From assembly GCA_964016885.1 (NCBI GenBank), contig OZ024740.1, positions 63,426,001 through 63,490,000 of the forward strand: DNA of 64,000 nt, given 5' to 3'. The position numbers and the translations under genes are program-made. The DNA is from Eledone cirrhosa (taxonomy: Eukaryota). Positions 52,838-64,000 of this stretch are shown piece by piece. The first letter of the stretch is position 1. Every line of letters starts with the position of its first letter. The notes under the pieces are model-generated. The model searched no databases and was not told the origin of the DNA. It saw only the letters and a program-made list of their open reading frames with translations.

Positions 52838-53950
52838 CACTGCACAACACCACACTGCACCGCACCGCACTGCACCACATCGCAATGCACCGCACCACAT
52901 CACACCACACCACATAAAAACATACAACACTACACCACACTACTCCACACCACATAACACCACAACACACCACTCCTCACTACTCCACTCCACATAAAAA
53001 CACACCACAACACACCACTCCTCACTACATCACACCACACCACTCCACTCACACAACACACACAACACACACACCACTCACTCACAACACACCACCACAA
53101 CACCACACCACAACACACCACAACACACGCACCACATAACACCACAACACACCACACTACTCCACACCACACTACTCCACAACACAACACACCACACTCC
53201 TCACTACAACACACCACACTCCTCACTACAACACACCACACTCCTCACTACAACACACCACACTCCTCACTACAACACAACACACTCCTCACTACAACAC
53301 ACCACACTCCTCACTACAACACACCACACTCCTCACTACAACACACCACACTCCTCACTACAACACACCACACTCCTCACTACAACACACCACACTCCTC
53401 ACTACAACACACCACACTCCTCACTACAACACAACACACTCCTCACTACAACACAACACACTCCTCACTACAACACAACACACTCCTCACTACAACACAA
53501 CACACTCCTCACTACAACACAACACACTCCTCACTACAACACAACACACTCCTCACTACAACACAACACACTCCTCACTACAACACAACACACTCCTCAC
53601 TACAACACAACATACTCCTCACTACAACACAACACACTCCTCACTACAACACAACACACTCCTCACTACAACACAACACACTCCTCACTACAACACAACA
53701 CACTCCTCACTACAACACAACACACTCCTCACTACAACACAACACACTCCTCACTACAACACAACACACTCCTCACTACAACACAACACACTCCTCACTA
53801 CAACACAACACACTCCTCACTACAACACAACACACTCCTCACTACAACACAACACACCACACTACTCCACACCACATAACACTACAACACCACACCTCAC
53901 TACATGACACCACATAAAAACACACCACACTACTCCACACCACATAACAC
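52838..53950. repeat. C/A-rich simple repeat including about 30 copies of a 22-bp unit (CACACTCCTCACTACAACAC(A/C)A) at about 53190-53855
   Basis: Direct inspection; almost no G on the + strand. Confidence 0.92.
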
Positions 53951-53954
53951 CCAA

Positions 53955-55058
53955 AAATTTTTCCTCATCTTTTTTTCATATGTTATCAACTAATCCGAAC
54001 TCCAAGATGTTTGTTATTGACTCTCTCTTCATGGAAAACTTAGGTGGATGCACTTCTCTCATTTAACCCCAGAGTTTTCTCTAAGATTTTTTGTATGTTA
54101 TCAACGAATATGACCTCCAAACCAGTTGGAAATGATTAGTTGTTCTAGGAAAAAGGAGGGGTAAAGCAGGTGGAAAAACCATTGTCGTTTTGTAGATATA
54201 TACCCTAATGATTTTTCTTCGGTCTCCTTTTGAGTGCTATCAATTAATCTGACCTTTTAGTTGCTCTGAATCAATTTTTTTTTTCTGGGATTTGGAAACT
54301 AAAACTAAATTAAACATAAAATTAAATCTAGCCCCAACCCTAAACTCTAAATCTAAACCAAACCAAGCTAAATCTAAATATAAACATTACTCCAACCCTT
54401 AAACTAAACCCTAAACTATACCCAAACCATAAAACTAAACCCTAAACATTGCCCCAACCCTAAAACTAAACCCTAAACTTTACCCCAAACCTAAAACTAA
54501 ACCCTAAACTTTACCCCAAACCTAAAACTAAACCCTAAACTTTACCCCAAACCTAAAACTAAACCCTAAACTTTACCCTAAAACTAGACCCTAAACTTTA
54601 CCCCAACCCTAAAACTAAACCCTAAACCCTAAACCTAACCCAGGGAAATAAGTTGTTTGGAAGCATCTAGGAGGTCAGATTAATTAATAGCACAGGAAAT
54701 AGCATAGGAAATAGCATAGGAAATAGCATAGGAAATAGCATAGGAAATAGCACAGGAAATAGCACAGGAAATATACCGAAAATGATTAAGTCCCACAGCA
54801 TGTGAGTTGGGTGTAGATCTGCAAAACTCTTTCCCTCTCCTCTTTCTCCAAAGCTAGTTGTTTTTGACTGGTTTGGAAGTCATATACACTGATAACGCAT
54901 GAAAATAGAATCAAAGAGAAAATTCCGAGTAAGCAGGGGTTATCCGGGTGAAGGGGGAACCACCTCACCCCGCCGTTTTCCTGGGGGAAAAAGTCAGTTT
55001 CAAGCATCTTGGAGATTGGATTAGTTGATAGCACATGAAAAATAGAATGAAAAAATTT
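53955..55058. mobile_element. Degenerate foldback element with a telomere-like (CCCTAAA/ACTAAA) core and a 12-bp tandem repeat
   Basis: TTATCAACTAATCC..CTCCAAGATG (about 53982-54010) mirrors CATCTTGGAG..GGATTAGTTGATA (about 55005-55030); TATGACCTCCAAACCAGT mirrors ACTGGTTTGGAAGTCATA. Core 54300-54640; (ATAGCAYAGGAA)x7 at about 54687-54771. Confidence 0.65.
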
Positions 55059-55560
55059 CACATCACATCACATCACATCACATCACATCACATCACATCA
55101 CATCACATCACATCACATCACATCACATCACATCACATCACATCACATCACATCACATCACATCACATCACATCACATCACATCACATCACATCTCACCT
55201 CATTTCACCATGCCACATTTCATCACATCACATCACATTTCACCATGCCACGCCATGCCACATTTCATCACATCACATCACATTTCACCATGCCACGCCA
55301 TGCCACATTTCATCACATCACATTTTACCACGCCACATCACATCACATGCCATCACACCACATGCTACCACACTACATCCCACCACACTCCACTACACCA
55401 TATCCTCCACCCTACATTGAACCACACTCCACTCCACCACACTCCACTCCACCACACCACTGTCCACTACACTAAACCACACTCCACTACACTACACCAC
55501 ACCACTGTCCACTACACTAAATTACACTCCACTACACTACACCACACCACACCACACCAC
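55058..55560. repeat. (CACAT)n pentamer array grading into CACAC/CACTC repeats
   Basis: About 27 perfect CACAT units, then degenerate pentamers. Confidence 0.93.
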
Positions 55561-55971
55561 TGTCTATTCGACTGTTTTCTATTTCGTAGGTATGTCCAGT
55601 TACAGTAAGAGAAAGTTATTTCAAAGGATCTGAGTAAGTAAACACTTCATTGACCATCATTTTAAGCAGAATCTCAGTGTAGTTTTAAATTGACCTTTTC
55701 ATGTGATTACACCTCAGTCTTAACTTAATCACCTGTAGATGGATGCTACATGTAATGTTAAAATTAGTTAAACACTGTTTCCCCCTTCTCATCACATGTG
55801 GATGCTACATGTGTATTGTTAACATTAATCTAACGTTGTGTCCCCCCCCCCCCCCCCCCCGCCTCACCATATCATACCACACCACATCACACCATGTTGT
55901 ACCCCACCAGACCACATAACACCATGCTATACCATATATATATATGAGCTCCCCACTCGTTATATTAACTG

Positions 55972-56153
55972 TATCTCCTCGGTGTTTCGTGAAAGTCTGA
56001 GAGATCAGCTATATATTTGTTTACAATTTTTTTTTATATTTAGATGGAAAAGAAGAAAAAGACGATGAAGCAGACGACTAAAATGAAAATGACAACAAAG
56101 ACAAAGAAGACACGGGAAACGAAGATGACGAAAAGAAGAAGAAGAAAGTATGA
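55972..56153 (+). other. Exon-like cassette 2 (candidate 104-nt exon 56044-56147)
   Basis: Same upstream hairpin and T-tract, TTTAG|ATGG acceptor, GAA-rich body, donor AA|GTATGA at 56148. Confidence 0.4.
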
Positions 56154-56367
56154 TCTCAGTTCAGTCTAAACCTAATGATTTATAGATATGATCTTAGTTC
56201 AGCCTTAACCTAATGACCTGTAGATACAATCTATTTAGGTTTAACTTAAACATTCAAAGATATTTGTATATACTTTTATGTTTGACATTGTTTTTTAGTT
56301 ATGAAATAGCTTATAAGCTACATTATAGGATCACAGTGCATGAGCACACTGCTCTTTAAATTAACTT

Positions 56368-56610
56368 TATCTCCTCAGCACTTTGTAAAGTTTGAGAGAT
56401 AGGCAACATATATGTTTTACATTCTTTGTTTTTTGGTATTTAGATGGCAGAGGAGAAGATAAAGGCACATAAGAAGATAAAGGCACAGAAGAAGTCAAAG
56501 GCACAGAAGAAGTCAAAGGCACAGAAGAAGTCAAAGGCACAGAAGAAGTCAAAGGCACAGAAGAAGTCAAAGGCACAGAAGAAGTCAAAGAAAATGAACA
56601 AGAAGAACAA
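56368..56610 (+). other. Exon-like cassette 3 with 18-bp tandem repeats (AAAGGCACAGAAGAAGTC)
   Basis: Same upstream hairpin and T-tract, TTTAG|ATGG at 56443/56444; about 7 copies of the 18-bp unit. Confidence 0.4.
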
Positions 56611-56909
56611 TTATTATTACTATTATTATTATTATTGTTATTTGTATTATTATAATCAAACTAAGCCACACTACATCAACCTATACCATGCCACACCACA
56701 CTGACAAACATGATACCATACCATATTATCCAACACCACACTACGAAACACTGTACGACCTCACATCAGACCATGCTATGAAACAATATACCATACTACA
56801 CTATACAACAATAGACAACACCACACAAGACTATGAAACACTATACTTTACCACACTATATCACACCACTCAAGTTAGAGAGGATCAACTTTTTTCATGG
56901 AAAGTAGAA

Positions 56910-59900
56910 AACCTAACTTTAAGCTAAAACCGAACTTACCCTAACACTTGCACTCACACATGCTCTAATAGTGAACTTAGCGCTAACATGAAAACTAACA
57001 CAAACACAAAATCTAAAAACTAACATTAAATAGAAAACTAACACAAACACTAACCTGAACACTAACACTAAAACTGACACTAACACTAACCTGAACACCA
57101 GCACTAAAACTAACACTACCGTAAACACTAATATAAACACTAACACTAACCTGAACACTTACACTAAAACAAACATTAGCCTGAACACTAGCACTAAAAC
57201 TAACACTACCATTAACACTGACCTGAGCACTAACACTAAAAGTAACACTAACACAAACACTAATCTGAAAACTGATACTAACCAGAAAACTAAGCTAACA
57301 TTAACTTCAACACTAACGCTAACAGAGATACTAACACAAATATTAACACAAAAACAAACACTAACACAATCTCTAACACTAACCTCAACACTAACACTAA
57401 AACTAACATTAACTTGAACACTAACTCTAACCTGAAAACTAAGCTAACATTAACCTGAACACTAACATAAACACTAATGCTAACACTAACAGAAATATTA
57501 ATGCTAACCTTAACACAAAAACAAAGACTAACGCTAACACAATCACTAATACTAATGGAAACATCAAACACTAATGTTAACAGAGATACTAACACAAATA
57601 TTAACACTAACACAATCTCTAACACTAACCTTAACATTAACTTGAACACTAACATTAACTTGAACACTAACACTAACCTGAACACTTAAACTAACACTAA
57701 CAGAGATACTAACACAAATATTAACACAAACAAACACTAACACAATCTCTAACACTTAAACTAACATTAACTTGAACACTAACACTAACCTGAAAACTAA
57801 GCTAACATTAACCTGAACACTAACACAAACACTCATGCTAACACTAACAGAAATACTAATACTAATGTTAACATTAACACAAAAACAAAGACTAACGCTA
57901 ACACAATCACTAACACTAATGGAAACATCAATAATACTAACACAAAAACAAACACTAACACAATCTCTAACACTAACATTTACACTAAAACTAACATTTA
58001 CACTAAAACTAACATTTACACTAAAACTAACATTAACCTAAACACTAGCACTTAACACTACCATAAACAGTAACACAAACACTAACACTAAAACTAACAC
58101 GAAAACTGATACTAACCAGAAAACTAAGCTAACATTAACCTCAACACTAAAACAAACACTAACAGAAAAACAAAGACTAACACTAACACTAATGAAAACA
58201 CTAACACAAACATTAACACAAAATAAAACACTAACACTAATGGAAAAAATAACACTAACACTAAAACTAACACTACCGTAAACACTAACACTAAAACTGA
58301 CATTAACACGAACATTAACCTGAACACTAACACTACCACTAAAACTAACACTACCATAAACCACTAACCTGAGCACTAACACTAAAAGTAACACGAGCCC
58401 TAACCAGAAAACTAAGTCAACATTAACCTGAACACTAACAAAAATGCTAACACTAATACAAAATCAAACAGGAACACTAATGGAAACACTAACACTAACG
58501 CCAACACTGACACTGACGGCTATGCTGGCACAAACGCTAGCGCAAATGTTGACACAATCGCTTACGCTGACACAAACACTAACGTGAATACTGATGCAGG
58601 TGCAAAGGCGAATGCTGACAAAGACTGACGCACACGCTGATGTAAATGCTACACAGACTCTAACGCTGACGTGGACACTGACACAAATGCTCATGCTGAT
58701 GCAAACACTAAAGCAAATGCAGACACTAATGCAAACACAGACGCAAATGTTGATGCAGATGTTAAAGCAAACGCAAATGTTGACGCAAACGATGACAGCG
58801 ATGCTAATGTGAACCTGAACGCAGACGTAAACATTGGCGTAGAAGCTAAAGGAAACACTAATGAAAATGCTGACACAGACGCTAACACACGTTAACACAG
58901 ATGCTAACGTAAACACTTACGCAGATGCTAATATAAACACTGACGCAGACACTAACATAAACGCTGACACAGATGCTAACGAAAACGATGACGCAAATGT
59001 AAACGCTGACCCTGATGTAGATGTAAATACAGACACTGACACAGACGCTGACGTAGAAGCTAACACAAACGCTGACACAGACACTAATATAAGCGCTGAC
59101 GTAGAAGCTAATGTAGATGCTGACGGAGAAGCTAACGTAAATGATGACGTAGATGTTAACGTAGATGCTGACGTAGAAGCTAACGTAAACGCTGACGTAG
59201 AAGCTAACAAAACTCTGACGTAGTTGTTACGTAGAAGCAGGCGTAGAAGTTAGCGTTTACCCTTACCGCCGAAGCTGATCTCCAAAACGCAATTGCTGAT
59301 GCGGATTGCTGAAGCCAAAGCCAAGCTAACGCTGACGCAAATGTTGAGGCAGTATTGCCGGGCGCTGACGTGTATGCTGACACTAAGGCAAATGCTGATG
59401 CGGACGCTAGGGCTAAGGCTAACGCTAACGCTGACGCAAATGCTGAAGTTAACGCCTACATGGGATATGCAGACGCTGCATTGATGCGGACGCCACAGGA
59501 AAGGTTAATGGAAACGCTAATGCTAACGGAAAACGCTGACGTAGACGTTACGGAAACGCTGACGTAGAAGCTAACGTAAACGCTGACACAGACGCTAACG
59601 TAAACACTGACGTTAACTGAAACGCTGACGCTGATGTAGATGTAAATACTGATGCTGACACAGGCGCAGTCGGAAACGCTGACGTAGAAGCTAACGGAAA
59701 CACTGACACAGACGCTAACGGAAATGCTGACGTAGAAGCTAATGTACATGCTGACACAGACGCTAACGTAAACACTGACGTAGAAGCTAACGGAGACACA
59801 GACGCGGTCGGAAATGCTGACGTAGAAGCTAATGGAAACACTGACACAGACGCTAACGGAAATGCTGACAAAGACGTTAAAGGAAACGCTGTCGCAAATG

Positions 59901-60410
59901 CTAATGCTAATGTGAATGCTGATGCAGATGCTGACGCAAATGCTAACCCCTACACAAATGCAAACGTTGATGCTAACACTGACTCAAACACTAATGCAAA
60001 TGCTGACGTGCACGCTGATGCAAACGCTGACACAGGGAAATGCTGACACTGACACAAGTGCTGAAATGGACGCTAATGATAATGCTGACGTAGACGCAGG
60101 CACTGAAACAAACACTAATGTTGACTCAGACACTAAGGGAAATGCTGACACAATCACTATCACACTTACGCAAACACTAACGCAGATGCTAACACCAGTC
60201 TACATAGACACTAACACAAAAGCTTACATAGACGCTTATGCAAATGCTAACGCTGATGCAGACAGTAACGCAAACAGTAACTGTAAGAGTAACAGTTACA
60301 GTAACACTAACAGTGACAGTAATGCTAACAGTAACACAGTCACTAACAATAAACTTACCATTAACAGTAAAACTTACCCTAACACTAACCCTAAATCTAA
60401 CATTAACCCA
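56910..60410. repeat. Degenerate hexamer-periodic low-complexity tract (AACACT grading into GACGCT/AACGCT and AACAGT/AACCCT)
   Basis: 6-bp periodicity throughout; gives T/N/L- and D/A/N/V-rich short ORFs broken by frameshifts. Confidence 0.85.
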
Positions 60411-60519
60411 GAGAAAAAAGTCATTTGCAATCACATTTAAGGTCACTCTTTAAGATATAGAAGATAGGCATTACATTTTAATGATTTTAATTTAAAGAGA
60501 ATCACGCTATACGATGCAA

Positions 60520-61222
60520 CACAATAACACTCCACACCACACTAACCTACACTACACCAAACCAGATTATACCATACCTTGGTAAATTTATGATAGGTTT
60601 CCATGTTATAACTACATCAAACTAAACCATACCAAACTACACCAAACCAAACCGCACCATAACAAACTAGACCATACTACATCACACCATGCTATTGAAC
60701 TCAGTGTGAAAAATTTTCTTCCTGCTTTTTTTGTGTGTGTGCTTACCACCCAATCTGACATTAAAAGTGTTCGCAATTAACTATTTTTTGCACATATTAT
60801 CAATGAAGACTTTGAAACCTGTTGAAAATGACTAGCTTTGTAGAAAAAAGAGGGCGGAAAGTGGGTGGAAATAACATTCACAAAGCTTGTCATTTTTGAT
60901 TGCAGTGAAAGTCATATTTGTTGTTAATATGGTAATGGAGGCACATGGCTTAGTGGTTAGAGCATTGGCCTTGCAATCGAAAGATTGTGAGTTCAATTCT
61001 CAGACCAGGTGGTGTGTTGGTTCCTTGAGCAGACACTTTATTTCACATTGCTCCAGTTTACCCAGCTGTAGAAATGAGATGATAGGGCCTGTGAGCATGT
61101 TGGAGATTGGAAATCCATACCACATTAAACTACATCAAACTACACCATACCAAACTACACCATACTACATCACACCATGCTATTAATCTCAGTGAGAACA
61201 TTTTTCTTCCTGTTTTTTTTTT

Positions 61223-61272
<50 letters not shown>

Positions 61273-61937
61273 TACCACCCAATCTGATATCAAAGGTGCT
61301 CACAAATGACTATTTTTTTACACATTATCAATGTATATAACATGGAAACCTATCATTTGCAATAGGTTCCGATGTCATAACTACAACAATCCAAACCACA
61401 CCATAACAAACTACACCATTCTACATCACACCATGCTTTTGATCTCGGTGTGAAAAATTTTATTCCTGTTTCTTTTTTTTTTTGTGTTCTTACCACCCAA
61501 TCTGACATCAAAGGTGCTGCAATTGACTATTTTTCGCACGTATTATCAATAATTATGACATGGAAAACTGTCGAAAATGACTAGCTTTGTAGAAAAAAGA
61601 GGGAGGATGTGGGTGGAAATACCATTTTCAAAGCTAGTCATTTTTTATTGCAGCGGAAGTCATATTTTTTGTTAATATGCTAAAGGCCTAGTCCACTGCG
61701 AATATCTTGGAAATTGATAGCACATGCAAAAATCAAGGAAAACATTTTTTTCTAACCTAAATCAAAGTGGAAATTTAATTTCTTACTTATAACAAAGCAC
61801 ACCACACCACATTAATCTACCCCAAACCACACCATATCAAACAGCACCATATTATGGTAAATTTATTACAGACCACCTACTCCTATCATTTACATCACAC
61901 CATGATATGGACATCAATGTGACAAATTTGCTACGTG

Positions 61938-61971
<34 letters not shown>

Positions 61972-62377
61972 TTTTTTGTGGATACCACCCAAACTAACAT
62001 CAAAGGTGCTTGCAAATGACTATTTTCCCACATTATCAATGAATATGACATGAGAATCTATCGTTTAGAATTGGTTTCCATTTCATAACTTAACCAAACC
62101 ACACCATACCAAGTTACACCATACTACATCGCACCAAGCTATTGATCTTGGTGTGAAACATTTTTTTCCCGTTTCCTTTTTTTTTTTGTGTGTGTGTGTG
62201 TGTGTGCTTACCTCCTAATCTGACATTAAAGGTGCTCCCAATTGACTATTTTTTTCCACTTATCAATTATGACATGGAAACCTGTCGAAAATGACTATAT
62301 TTGTAGAAACTACTTCACCACACCATACTACAACACACCTAGCTATTGATTTTGGTGTGACAAATTTTCATTTGCCA

Positions 62378-62408
<31 letters not shown>

Positions 62409-63744
62409 TTTTTGCTTACAATCCAATTTGACATAAATGGTGCTCGCAAATTACTATTTTATGCATATATTATCAATGGTTATGACATGGAAACCTGATG
62501 AAAATGACTAGCTTTGTAGAAAAAAGAGGGAGGATGTGGGTGGAAATACCATTTACAAAGCTCGTCATTTTTTATTGCAGCGGGAGTCATATTTTTTGTT
62601 AATATGCTAAAAGCATAGTTCACTGCGAGCTTCTTGGAAGTTGATAGCACATACAAAGATGATGGAAAAAATTTTTTTCTAACATAAATCAAAGTGGAAA
62701 TTTAAATCCTCACTTATAACAAAGCACACCACACCACATTAATCTACCCCAAACCACACCATAACCATACTTCACTATATGGTACATTTATTACAGAACA
62801 CCTCCTACCATTTACATCACACCATGGTATGGAGATCAATGTGACAAATTTGCTACCTGCTTCTTTTTTTTTTTTTTTTGTGGTTACCACTTCAAACTAA
62901 CATAAAAGGTGCTTGCAAATGACTATTTTCCCACACATTATCAATGAATATGACATGGGAATCTATCGTTTACAATTGGTTTCCATTTCATAACTTCACA
63001 AAGCCACACCATACCAAGTTACACCATATTACATCACACCAAGCTATTGATCTTGGTGTGAAATATTTTCTTCCCGTTTCCTTTTTATTTTTTTGTGTGC
63101 GCTTACCACCCAATCTGACATTAAAGGTGCTCCCAATTGACTATTTTTTTCCACTTATCAATTATGACATGGAAACCTGTCGAAAATGACTATCTTTGTA
63201 GAAACTTCACCACACCATACTACATCACACCTAGTTATTGATTTTGGTGTGACAAATTTTCATTTGCCATTTTTTTTTTTTTTTTTTTTTTTTGCTTACA
63301 ATCCAATTTGACATAAATGGTGCTCGCAAATTACTATTTTATGCACATATTATCAATGGTTATGACATGGAAACCTGATGAAAATGACTAGCTTTGTAGA
63401 AAAAAGAGGGAGGATGTGGGTGGAAATACCATTTACAAAGCTAGTCATTTTTTATTGCAGCGGAAGTCATATTTTTTGTTAATATGCTAAAAGCCTAGTC
63501 CACTGCGAATATCTTGGAAATTGATAGCACATGCAAAAATGAAGGAAAAAATTTTTTTCTAACCTAAATCAAAGTGGAAATTTAATTTCTTACTTATAAC
63601 AAAGCACACCACACCACATTAATCTACCCCAAACCACACCATATCAAAGAGCACCATATTATGGTAAATTTATTACAGACCACCTACTCCTATCATTTAC
63701 ATCACACCATGATATGGACATCAATGTGACAAATTTGCTACCTG

Positions 63745-63779
<35 letters not shown>

Positions 63780-64000
63780 TGGATACCACCCAAACTAACA
63801 TCATAGGTGCTTGCAAATGACTATTTTCCCACATTATCAATGAATATGACATGAGAATCTATCGTTTAGAATTGGTTTCCATTTCATAACTTCACACAAA
63901 CCAAACCACACCATACCAAGTTACACCATACTACATCGCTCCAAGCTATTGATCTTGGTGTGAAACATTTTTTTCCCGTTTCCCTTTTTTTTTTTTGTGT
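60520..64000. repeat. Complex satellite: about 0.9-kb higher-order unit built from roughly 200-250-bp related subunits with poly(T) tracts
   Basis: AAATGACTAGCTTTGTAGAAAAAAGAGGG recurs near 60826, 61575, 62502 and 63382. The subunit motif (T)n..TTACCACCCAA.CT.ACAT.AAAGGTGCT recurs several times per unit. The array continues past the window end. Confidence 0.9.
60937..61100 (+). mobile_element. tRNA/CORE-type SINE, 3'-truncated, inserted in the satellite
   Basis: GGAGGCACATGGCTTAGTGGTTAGAGCATTGGCCTTGCAA..GAGTTCAATTCTCAGAC, near-identical to 11020-11170. Confidence 0.88.

Noticed and set aside
54300-54640. True telomere or telomere fusion
   Set aside because: Repeats are degenerate CCCTAAA/ACTAAA units inside a foldback element, not a pure (CCCTAA)n tract.
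52773-55608. His/Thr-rich ORFs (e.g. HHITS repeats at 55035-55475)
   Set aside because: Translations of (CACAT)n and CACAC simple repeats.
56444-56704. Stand-alone histone H1-like or protamine-like gene (AQKKSK repeats)
   Set aside because: No globular domain; the ATG sits directly after a splice acceptor and the ORF runs into a (TAT)n repeat. Kept only as an exon-like cassette.
58671-60440. Asp-rich biomineralisation protein gene
   Set aside because: No signal peptide or splice structure seen, several frameshifts, and continuous with a non-coding hexamer tract.

Overview
AT-rich, repeat-dense animal DNA. The SINE, RTE and (TA)n landscape suggests a cephalopod (octopod) genome; this is inferred, not proven. 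The only clear host gene is the last two coding exons of a RagA/B GTPase (+ strand, 1690-1897 and 7878-7975), whose final intron holds a near full-length antisense CR1-group LINE. The rest is mobile or repetitive: further CR1-group LINE copies (one with an uninterrupted EN+RT ORF2 inside a multi-kb (TA)n array), four RTE-type LINE pieces, four Penelope-like element (PLE) remnants of different lineages, tRNA-derived SINEs, several MITE/foldback elements, an 11.9-kb 54-bp minisatellite and a C/A-rich simple-repeat/satellite zone from about 52.8 kb on. The most notable signals are four minimal type I hammerhead ribozyme cores at PLE 3' ends (two in inverted orientation in a 1.07-kb palindrome), a circularly permuted tandem-plus-inverted ~420-bp retrozyme-like unit, a SINE-derived ~150-bp hairpin found twice with the same fold-back junction, and a candidate unannotated spliced transcript (promoter motifs and first exon near 32.7 kb, triplicated acceptor cassettes at 52.7-56.6 kb). 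All calls were made by eye and no searches were run. Coordinates of degenerate elements are approximate.
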